Below are positions 1 through 7,187 of a DNA stretch of 28,788 bases, piece after piece; position 1 is the first letter of the stretch; every line of letters starts with the position of its first letter. The notes beneath the pieces were generated by a model, which saw only the letters and a list, made by a program, of their open reading frames with translations, was not told the origin of the DNA and did not search any database. The position numbers were made by a program, and so were the translations under genes. Source of the stretch: a bacterium (GTDB lineage: Bacteria > Zhuqueibacterota > Zhuqueibacteria > Oceanimicrobiales > Oceanimicrobiaceae); contig JBHHXT010000047.1 of assembly GCA_046757165.1 (NCBI GenBank), positions 1 through 28,788 on the forward strand. Reading direction: 5' to 3'.

Positions 1-90
1 CCCGACTGTCCTAATTGTATGCCTAAAATGACTGTCGGGGCAAGCCCCGACTGTCCTAATTGTATGCCTAAAATGACTGTCGGGGCAAGC
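1..90. repeat. Two exact tandem copies of a 45-bp palindromic unit (may continue left of the window)
   Basis: 1-45 equals 46-90 (cccgactgtcctaattgtatgcctaaaatgactgtcggggcaagc); the junction forms the hairpin gtcggggc-aa-gccccgac; an inverted third copy lies at 670-718. Confidence 0.95.
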
Positions 91-144
91 CCACCTCTTA
101 GCCTCGATAATTCATGAATCTCGCCTAACAAGGGCCAACACGTA

Positions 145-194
145 AGGAGTGAAATGCTTTAGCATTTCATGCAACGCTAAAGCGTTGCATTCCT
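145..194. repeat. GGAG-type REP-like inverted doublet
   Basis: aggagt-gaaatgc-ttta-gcatttc followed by the inverted partner tgcaacgc-taaa-gcgttgca-ttcct; related units at 4510-4579 and 733-757. Confidence 0.75.
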
Positions 195-318
195 CTTTGT
201 CCCGATAAGATATGCATAATCAAATACTTATTTGAATACTTGCTAATCTCTTGTGAATAATCCAGATCAGAATTTGAAGTTGTTTTAATCCACATTTCAT
301 TGTATATTTACTAACTCC

Positions 319-337
319 TAACCCGGACAAGCCGGAA
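319..337. repeat. Dispersed motif ccggacaagccggaa (inverted copy at 26423-26441)
   Basis: 323-337 is the exact reverse complement of 26423-26437; 18/19 identity when extended. Confidence 0.7.
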
Positions 338-360
338 CCAAAAAAAGAAAATCAAAAGCG

Positions 361-422
361 AACGCAAAGAACACGCAAAGGTTTTTCTCTGCGATCCCTT
401 TGCGCCTTCGCGTCTTTGCGTT
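361..422. repeat. Palindromic element of the cgcaaag/cgcagag type
   Basis: 10-bp inverted ends aacgcaaaga...tctttgcgtt with internal cgcaaag/ctttgcg reiteration; similar element at 8563-8629. Confidence 0.65.
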
Positions 423-514
423 AAACCTTAGTCTTTCGGGATTTAATTTTCATTTCTTGCCAAAAAATGACAGAAAATAACTTGTCAGGTAGTAGATTTC
501 GTGCAAGACTGCGC

Positions 515-633
515 TTGCAAGAAATGGAGTCGTGGAGTAATGGAGTTATGGAGTAGTGGAGTGTTGGATTTTCGGCCAGCCATTACTCCAAATTATCGAC
601 AACACCTTGGTAGATGATTTTTCGTAAGCGCCT
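515..633. repeat. ~120-bp dispersed element with TGGAGTAA-like octamer arrays, copy 1
   Basis: Five tggagt(nn) octamers; flanks ttgcaagaaat and ccaaattatcgacaacac...gtaagcgcct match the reverse complement of 19785-19910. Confidence 0.9.
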
Positions 634-669
634 AGATTGAGCGATTCCTGGCCGGGCGTGTTCGGTGTA

Positions 670-718
670 CAAGCCCCGACAGTCATCACAGGAATACAAT
701 TAGGACAGTCGGGGCTTG
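670..718. repeat. Inverted solo copy of the 45-bp unit with 11-bp perfect inverted ends
   Basis: caagccccgac (670-680) pairs with gtcggggcttg (708-718); the interior matches the reverse complement of 1-45 except in the loop. Confidence 0.9.
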
Positions 719-732
719 CGGGGATGAGGGGA

Positions 733-757
733 AAAGCACGCTAAAGCGTGAACACCC
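733..757. repeat. Single REP-like hairpin cacgc-taaa-gcgtg
   Basis: Same gc-taaa-gc core as the 145-194 units, followed by aacaccc. Confidence 0.55.
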
Positions 758-846
758 AAACATCTGGACCCGTTGATAGGACTATTCAAAGGTGAATCGC
801 TAAATTTAGGTAACTGAATGAACCATTAACAAGAAAGGGAGACAAA

Positions 847-1371
847 ATGAATTGGATTGAGCTGCTAAAAAAGGAGGTCGAACACACCTATGCCGTGACA
901 GAGGCGTTGCTGGACCTCGTGAATGAGGAAAAGCTCGGTTGGAAGCCTTCGACGGGAAGCAATTGGATGACAACCGGCCAACTGGTCATGCACATAACCA
1001 ATGCCTGCGGTATGGCCATGCGAGCATTCGCCACGGGGGACTGGGGCATGCCGGAAGACTTCGATCCCAGCAACATGTCACCGGAAGACATGTTGCCACC
1101 AGCAGAAAAGCTGCCAACCATCGCAAGCGTGGCCGAGGCGAAGAAGCTTTTGGCGGAAGACAAAAAAGTGGCCATCGAGACGCTCGAGAACTGTGATGAA
1201 GACCAGCTTGCCAATGAGATCACGACCGCCCCGTGGGATCCAACCGAGATGATCCTCGGACATCGCTTCCTGCAAATGATAGGTCACCTCGACCAGCACA
1301 AAGGTCAGCTGTTCTATTACCTGAAGCTGCAAGGGGAAGCTGTCAATACCCACAACCTCTGGGGCATGTAG
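847..1371 (+). CDS. DinB/YfiT-like family protein
   Basis: 174 aa; RBS aaaggga; WKP...MTTGQLVMHI and HLDQHKGQLFYYLK motifs give the DinB His triad. Confidence 0.9.
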   Translation: MNWIELLKKEVEHTYAVTEALLDLVNEEKLGWKPSTGSNWMTTGQLVMHITNACGMAMRAFATGDWGMPEDFDPSNMSPEDMLPPAEKLPTIASVAEAKKLLAEDKKVAIETLENCDEDQLANEITTAPWDPTEMILGHRFLQMIGHLDQHKGQLFYYLKLQGEAVNTHNLWGM

Positions 1372-1382
1372 GGACGCTCATC

Positions 1383-4382
1383 TCACAAGCGCTTACCCAG
1401 AGAAAAATACCACCTGAATTGCGTCCGCTTCTCTCCCGGGGGCGGGTCGCTCAACCAGAGTGGAAAGAACAGCCTCGCCGACAGGCCGGTGAGCAGGGAA
1501 AGGTTGCCGCCGAACAAGTTGACGCCATCCCCGGCGGTCTTGAGGCCAAACCCTGCGTCCGAGCGGGTAAACGAGTTGGCTCCGCGGGTCGTCCAGATTC
1601 TGCCGGAATCACAAAACCCGAAAAGCCTGAAAATGGTGAAGGTCTGACCCGGGCCGACCTCGAAGTTGACGGTGGCAAATCGCTCAGCGGGCAGCGGACT
1701 GCCGGCGTATCCCCGTAAAAGTCCGCCCCCCTCGACATACCGGCGCGAAAACGCACCGAGAGCACCGCCGGTCTTGACAAGGTCGTTCTGGAAACGCTCG
1801 CGCGCGCCAGCGCCTTCGCCCCGAAACTGGTCTTGCAGCGTCAGCCGGTCCGGACCGAACGAAGTCGCCAGGTTGCCGCGAACCCGGGCTGTGACGCCAA
1901 GCTTGCTGCCTTCCAGGACCAAACGGCCGCTGAGCTTCGTAAACTGCGCCTCTCCGCCGGGTAGCGCGGTTTCGAGACGAACGCGGCCCCGGGTTTCCAG
2001 GGCTCCGAAACGGTATTGGGTTCGCACTTCTCCATAGGCCAGAAGAATATCTGAGTCATCCCACTCTTCAAAACGGACCTTGCCGGTGTCGTTGGAAACC
2101 TTGCGAAACGTGTACGCCTCATTCAACAACGAGCTGTAATTGAGCCCAAGCCGCAGACTCCTGGCGGTTTTGGTAGAGAGAATACCTTTCGAGCCGTTCA
2201 ATTCAATATGTGCATCTGCTTCGAACCGCCCTTCGTTTTTGCGTACCATCAGCCGGTAGCGATTCATCAAACTCTTGCGGCTGAGCGGATGAGAATAGGC
2301 CACTCTGGCATCCACCTCACCAGACGCCACGCCAACCATGCCTTCGACGGTTAGATTGTTGTAGAAGGCGTTGTAGCTGCTGCGTGCGCCAAAGCCCAGG
2401 CGCACCGAGTCATGCTCATTGTACCCGACCAGGGGGCGCCACAACACCAGGATCGCGTCGTTTGGGATGTGAACAAATCTCAGGAAAGGCAGGTCAGGCC
2501 TGAACTCCAGGCGAGGCTTGCTGTGGTTCAACCGGTTGCTGTCCATGATGCGGTCGTCAGGGTCCACGGCGACTTTCTTGGGCTTCTTCGAGGTCTCAAA
2601 AACGACCTTGCCGGCTTTGGCTTTGCCGTCCCACCGTTTCACCAGTTTTTCGCCCTTGCCGCCCTCCACTTCGACCTCCACCGGCATGATGCCATCGCCG
2701 TTCCGTTCTATTTCGACTTCAGTCACCCAGGTGCCATCCCCCCGCCGGTACTTCCTGACTTTTTTCTTTGAATAATCCACGGTCGGCGTGTCGCGCAGCC
2801 ACTGCTCAAAAAACCAATCCAGGTCCTGGCCGTGCACCTGCTCAAAAACCCGCTGCAGATCCGCTTCATTAATATGAGCATGCGCGTAACGGCGTGTTGT
2901 CTCCTGCAAGCCTGCCTTGAAGCTCGAATCCCCGACCACGAATTTGAGCAGCTCATAAAACACCTCCGACTTGAGGTAAACATTGAACAGGGCGCCAATT
3001 GGATCGTGGAACTCATGAATCTCCTTTGAGATGGGCTCATTTTGACCCGACTCGCTGTAAAGCCTGGTGAAGGTTCTCACGGCCTGGTCCAGGGTTGGCA
3101 GCGGGTACTGGCGCTCGATCCAGGACATCTCCTCTCTGGCTTCGTTGTAATCATAGCCGCGCCGGCCATATTTCTTTTCAGAAAAGCTCTTGCCCATGTA
3201 AACCTGCAGGCCGTTCGCCAGCCACGGTTCTTTGGCGCCGTTGGTGCCGACAAGCCCGGGAAAATAAATGGCCGACAACCCATAAGCGAGCTCAAAATAA
3301 TCCTCCGCTTGCAGCAGGGCCATCATGGGGTAAGCCAGACTGCGGTTGGCTCCCTGCACGAGACTGAGGTGCGGATAAGGATTGGGGCCAAAATGGTCTG
3401 CAAGATAGGCCAGAACGCCATCTACACGAGGAGAGATCGACCGCAGCCACTGCCGGCCGTGCAAGCCAGAATAAAACAAGTGCACAGGCAGGCCGGCCTC
3501 CATCTCATAATGGACAAACCGGGGAGAGGCGCTCCAGATAAAATCGTGCATCCGGCTCGCGCGATAGCGCAGTGTTCGGGGGCCGTCACGGTCTCCTTTT
3601 TCAAGAAGCCATTTCCTGACTTCCTTGTGCCAGGCCTCGAAGTCATCGTGGTTCAAGCCAGTGTCGGCGGTCACGGTCTGCCAGTCCGGGTCGCCTTCGA
3701 GCAGCTCTGCGGAAGCGACGACAATGTAATTTCCGGGAACGGTCAATGTCACGTCCATGTCTGCAAATTCGCTGTAGACGTCAACGGGCTGCATCATGAA
3801 ATGAAACGGCTCGGCCTGCCAACCGTCTGTGTCGTAGACAGCCACTCGCGGAAACCAATGAACAAAATCCCTCGGCACGCTCGACTTCAGATGTCCGGAA
3901 GGCTCGCGAGTGAAGTCCTGGTAGAAGCTCACGCCCAGCGAAAGGGTATCTCCCGGCAGCAGCGAAAAGGGCAACGGCAGGTTCAAGATGGTGTCGCTGA
4001 AGTCGTAAGCCCGCAGCGGGAACTCGCTGCGCCCCGCGATTGCAAGAAACTGCACGCTCTGAATGGTCAACTCGTAGCCGCGCGCGATCTCGAATTCAAC
4101 ATTCTTGCTCGTGAACCGCTGCATCTCCCTGAAAGCAGTGTTCTCCTGATCGTGGAAGGCATTGGAGGGTACCTGCAGGAAAACCTCGCGCAGCGTGTCG
4201 GGAGAGTTGTTCTGATAGAACACTCTCAGGGAGCCATTCAGGCGATGTTCCGTCGTATCTAATTCTGCTCTTACCTGATAGTGCACGCCCTGCTGCCACC
4301 CGACGGTTTGCGGGCCTTCTTGCGCGACCACCCCGGAGACCAGCAGCAGAAGGGTCCCGCGTAAAAGAAGCATTCTTGTCAT
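1383..4382 (-). CDS. Secreted M1-aminopeptidase homologue, probably inactive, with a C-terminal Omp85-like beta-barrel
   Basis: 999 aa; signal peptide; M1-type motifs WQQ.VHY, YQNNSPDTL, WFPRVAVYD, HDFIWSAS, DLDWFFEQWL, VDPD; the HExxH-x18-E position reads YGLSA-x18-N; the last ~350 aa are amphipathic strands with LRGY, ending WYFSLGKRL. Confidence 0.85.
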   Translation of the reverse strand: MTRMLLLRGTLLLLVSGVVAQEGPQTVGWQQGVHYQVRAELDTTEHRLNGSLRVFYQNNSPDTLREVFLQVPSNAFHDQENTAFREMQRFTSKNVEFEIARGYELTIQSVQFLAIAGRSEFPLRAYDFSDTILNLPLPFSLLPGDTLSLGVSFYQDFTREPSGHLKSSVPRDFVHWFPRVAVYDTDGWQAEPFHFMMQPVDVYSEFADMDVTLTVPGNYIVVASAELLEGDPDWQTVTADTGLNHDDFEAWHKEVRKWLLEKGDRDGPRTLRYRASRMHDFIWSASPRFVHYEMEAGLPVHLFYSGLHGRQWLRSISPRVDGVLAYLADHFGPNPYPHLSLVQGANRSLAYPMMALLQAEDYFELAYGLSAIYFPGLVGTNGAKEPWLANGLQVYMGKSFSEKKYGRRGYDYNEAREEMSWIERQYPLPTLDQAVRTFTRLYSESGQNEPISKEIHEFHDPIGALFNVYLKSEVFYELLKFVVGDSSFKAGLQETTRRYAHAHINEADLQRVFEQVHGQDLDWFFEQWLRDTPTVDYSKKKVRKYRRGDGTWVTEVEIERNGDGIMPVEVEVEGGKGEKLVKRWDGKAKAGKVVFETSKKPKKVAVDPDDRIMDSNRLNHSKPRLEFRPDLPFLRFVHIPNDAILVLWRPLVGYNEHDSVRLGFGARSSYNAFYNNLTVEGMVGVASGEVDARVAYSHPLSRKSLMNRYRLMVRKNEGRFEADAHIELNGSKGILSTKTARSLRLGLNYSSLLNEAYTFRKVSNDTGKVRFEEWDDSDILLAYGEVRTQYRFGALETRGRVRLETALPGGEAQFTKLSGRLVLEGSKLGVTARVRGNLATSFGPDRLTLQDQFRGEGAGARERFQNDLVKTGGALGAFSRRYVEGGGLLRGYAGSPLPAERFATVNFEVGPGQTFTIFRLFGFCDSGRIWTTRGANSFTRSDAGFGLKTAGDGVNLFGGNLSLLTGLSARLFFPLWLSDPPPGEKRTQFRWYFSLGKRL

Positions 4383-4509
4383 GATTTCGCCTTGCGTTTG
4401 GGGTTCTTGCTCGAAATGGACCTCCTACCTTGTACGCCGGTCGAATCAAATGTTTTCAAACCCAAATGAAATTCAGAATGCAGAAATAGTGGTACTCCTG
4501 GGTCAAGCC

Positions 4510-4579
4510 GGAGTGAAAAGCCTCAGCTTTTCAGGTTCTTGCGATGTTCAAGTGTCGCAATGCTGAAGCATTGCACTCC
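4510..4579. repeat. GGAG-type REP-like inverted doublet (REPIN-like)
   Basis: ggagt-gaaaagc-ctca-gcttttc ... gcaatgc-tgaa-gcattgc-actcc; stems covary relative to 145-194. Confidence 0.75.
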
Positions 4580-4637
4580 TGTTTCGTCTTCTCCCAAAAA
4601 GCGGGACATTCAGCAACTAAAATTTCCTACTTTAGGC

Positions 4638-4666
4638 TTGACATCCTGTGGGCTATTTGCTATCTT
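4638..4666 (+). promoter_or_regulatory. Sigma70-type promoter upstream of the TerB-like gene
   Basis: TTGACA (4638-4643), 17-bp spacer, TATCTT (4661-4666) with extended -10 TG at 4658-4659. Confidence 0.7.
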
Positions 4667-4672
4667 CCCCTA

Positions 4673-4910
4673 CATCCCGCGACCTCTCCCGTCAACGCTG
4701 AAACGCGAAGCTTATCATTTCGGAGCTGGGAATACAAAAGATCCATTTTATCCTGACGGCGGCCAGGCCATCTATGCCATTTTCCTGCGCATGCGTCTTG
4801 CGCTTTTGTGCAAAAATGACACGGAGAAACACCCTGAGTAGCCTCCGGTGACGGGACAGAGGTCAACGAGGACGACGTCCTTCACTCCCGAACCCCAAAC
4901 AGAAAGGAGA
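4673..4910 (+). ncRNA. Candidate structured 5' leader or ncRNA, family unassigned
   Basis: Begins just after the predicted promoter; gacctct-cccgtca (4681-4694) pairs with tgacggg-ac-agaggtc (4849-4864); inner helix cggag/ctccg and internal hairpins. Confidence 0.45.
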
Positions 4911-4917
4911 GAGCAAA

Positions 4918-5295
4918 ATGGACAAGTTTCAGGCTATTTTCGAGATTCTTTATTTTCTGTCCGCCATTGACGGCGAGGTGAGCCAGTCGGAAGTCAATGT
5001 GATGACCAGTTATCTCAATGCCAACCACGGCAAGATCACCTTCAACCCCCTGACAGTTGTCAACGCGATTTCCACCATGACCGGCAAAGGAATGGCTGAA
5101 GAGCTGCAGCAGGCAGCCATAGTCTTCAAGAATTCGAGTAATGCACAAGACCGCAACACGGTTTTGGATTTCGCGCTACAGCTCATTGCGGCTGACGGCA
5201 AGATCACCACCGCGGAGAGGGACCTTTTTCTGCTTCTCGGAAATACATGGAATATTGATATGCCAAGGTATCTTGCGAGCAAAGGAATAAACTGA
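4918..5295 (+). CDS. TerB-family (tellurite resistance TerB / DjlA N-terminal-like) protein
   Basis: 125 aa; RBS aaaggag; duplicated motifs AIDGEVSQSE and AADGKITTAE. Confidence 0.85.
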   Translation: MDKFQAIFEILYFLSAIDGEVSQSEVNVMTSYLNANHGKITFNPLTVVNAISTMTGKGMAEELQQAAIVFKNSSNAQDRNTVLDFALQLIAADGKITTAERDLFLLLGNTWNIDMPRYLASKGIN

Positions 5296-5327
5296 CAGGT
5301 GGTGAGCGAGGTTTTGAGGGATGAGCT

Positions 5328-5618
5328 TCACGCCAACTTTGCCCAGGCGCTGTCAATCGCGTTCTCGATTTCATTGCAAATGCCATCCACCCGCACCCTG
5401 AGCTCATACCACTCGGGGTCATCGCCAGCGGCCCTCAAACCGAGCAGCATCTCTTCGCCATAATTCAGCTTGGCGTAGAGCAAATCCAACTGGCGCTCAA
5501 ACTCAATCTGATGGCGCACCGGCACGGTGTCTGCGCGCGATTTGAGCTGCGCCATTTTCGCTTGCCAGCGATCCAGCTTTTCAGCAATCGCGGCTGAGTA
5601 CGCGTGTTTATCGTGCAT
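5328..5618 (-). CDS. Small coiled-coil protein, Sll1863-like stress-response family
   Basis: 96 aa from the ATG at 5618 (MHDKHAY...); pattern AY...EKLDRWQAKMAQLK...AAGDD.EW.EL...I.NAI.SA; the upstream extension in the ORF track is not family-like. Confidence 0.65.
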   Translation of the reverse strand: MHDKHAYSAAIAEKLDRWQAKMAQLKSRADTVPVRHQIEFERQLDLLYAKLNYGEEMLLGLRAAGDDPEWYELRVRVDGICNEIENAIDSAWAKLA

Positions 5619-5819
5619 TATCCACGAATGGCTATTATCGTGTTTCTGTTTCGCCACTTCCGCGCCCGGGATTCGCGAAGTGAACCGATGCTTAAAGATA
5701 TCACAATGCCATACCAAATTCAACTCGAAAGATCTATTTTCTTGTTGAAAGTTGTGATAGAATTGTTATTTTTAAAACAATAGCCGAAACTCTCCTAATT
5801 TGCCAATTTACAATCAGCT

Positions 5820-7184
5820 ATGAAGATCCTATCGGCTGCTCTATTCTGCTGTTTCTTTCTGGCACAGACGCTCCCCGGCGCCTCGCAGGTGCTTCCGCCA
5901 ATGCAGCGGGACAAGATTCGCTTCGACCTCGATTATGCCAGCTTCAAGGCAGAAGCGGGCAAGGTTCGCCTGGAGCTCTACTACTCGTTCTATCTCAATC
6001 AGTTCCGCTTCGCAGAACAGAATTCTCAGCGCATCGCAACTTTTGTCATCGATACCCGGATATTTCAGCAGGACTCTCTGCTCGAACGCCAGACCATCAG
6101 ACGCACAAGCACGCTGCCGCTCAACAAACGATTGAGTGGGAAAGAGGTGTTTCTCACTATCTCCAGGTTCGAACTCATCCCCGGTCAGTACAAATGCCTC
6201 ACAACCATTGCGGACCGTCATGCGGAGGCAGCAGGAGCGAAAGAATTGCAGCTCGATTTGACGCCTTTTGACAACGAAACGCTCACCTTTAGCGATATCG
6301 AGTTGGCCAGCTCCATTGCAAAGGATACTTCTCAAAGCCTTTACACAAAACACGACTACCAGGTCATTCCAAATCCGCCGGCGCTTTATGCGGCAAACAA
6401 CCCCATGCTGTACTTTTACTCGGAATTGTACGCCCCACAGAATGCACCCCCGGGCGAATACAAGCTTGAATACAAGATCCTCAACAACGACGGCTCGGTT
6501 TACCGGTCCTACGCGCCGCAGCCACGCCAGAGGCCGACGCCGACCTCGGCGGAGGTCGGCGGACTCAACGTCGTCACCTTCCCCTCAGGCCAATATCAAC
6601 TGCAGCTCAACCTCCTGGATGCAGACAACCAGCCGCTCGCAAGCCAAACCAAGACGTTTTACACCTTGAGACACCGTGGGACCAGCCCGGCCACGGACCT
6701 GGGTCCCCGGCAGCTCGCATTTTTGCGGGAAGAATACAAAAATGTCGGACTGAAGGAGATCGACATCGAGTTCAAAAGTGCCAGCTACATGGCGACCCGC
6801 GAGGAAAAAACCATCTTCAAATCTCTCGACCTGGCAGGAAAGCAGCGGTTCATGGCGGAATTCTGGGCCCGGCGTGCCGAAAAGAGAGAGGAACACCTCA
6901 AACGGCTGCGCTACGCCAATCAGAACTTCACGCGCCTGCACAAAGGCTGGAAAACAGACCGCGGCCGGATCACCATCAAGTATGGTCAACCGGACAGAAC
7001 TGAGAAGAACTTCAGCATGAAGGAAAGACGCGCCTATGAAGTCTGGCGCTATTTCAACGCTGAAGAGGAAGGCAGCATCTTTTTCGTCTTCGTCGACAAA
7101 GGCGGATCTGATGATCTGGAGCTGGTGCACTCAACCGCCAGAACAGAGGTGAGTGACCCGAATTGGAGACGGTGGATCGAATAA
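5820..7184 (+). CDS. GWxTD domain-containing exported protein
   Basis: 454 aa; signal peptide; two beta-sandwich-like regions, then FMAEFW...RLRYANQNF...GWKTDRGRITIKYGQPD...YEVWRY...FVFVD. Confidence 0.92.
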   Translation: MKILSAALFCCFFLAQTLPGASQVLPPMQRDKIRFDLDYASFKAEAGKVRLELYYSFYLNQFRFAEQNSQRIATFVIDTRIFQQDSLLERQTIRRTSTLPLNKRLSGKEVFLTISRFELIPGQYKCLTTIADRHAEAAGAKELQLDLTPFDNETLTFSDIELASSIAKDTSQSLYTKHDYQVIPNPPALYAANNPMLYFYSELYAPQNAPPGEYKLEYKILNNDGSVYRSYAPQPRQRPTPTSAEVGGLNVVTFPSGQYQLQLNLLDADNQPLASQTKTFYTLRHRGTSPATDLGPRQLAFLREEYKNVGLKEIDIEFKSASYMATREEKTIFKSLDLAGKQRFMAEFWARRAEKREEHLKRLRYANQNFTRLHKGWKTDRGRITIKYGQPDRTEKNFSMKERRAYEVWRYFNAEEEGSIFFVFVDKGGSDDLELVHSTARTEVSDPNWRRWIE

Positions 7185-7187
7185 CCT

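Noticed and set aside
1..90. CRISPR array
   Set aside because: The units abut with no spacers and there are no cas genes in the window.
1..117. Coding repeat PDCPNCMPKMTVGAS with a CxxC motif in frame 1
   Set aside because: The same unit occurs inverted and intergenic at 670-718 with non-synonymous loop changes; conservation follows the palindrome rather than codons. The upstream context is unseen, so this is not fully excluded.
462..475. aaaaaatgacagaa shared with ~19012-19025 as a common regulatory site
   Set aside because: Short, A-rich match with no further similarity; chance is sufficient.
3042..4262. 406-aa plus-strand ORF
   Set aside because: Antisense shadow of the M1-like gene; no motifs recognised.
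4673..4910. Firm call as 6S RNA, c-di-AMP riboswitch, hammerhead ribozyme or retron ncRNA
   Set aside because: Only short fragments resemble these classes; the fold is branched, core motifs are incomplete and no reverse transcriptase is nearby. Kept as an unassigned candidate.
4918..5295. Tellurite-resistance (ter) operon or defence island
   Set aside because: Solitary TerB-like gene with no terA/C/D/Z or defence genes nearby.
5619..5723. N-terminal extension of the coiled-coil ORF
   Set aside because: Family-like sequence begins at the ATG at 5618; the extension looks non-coding.
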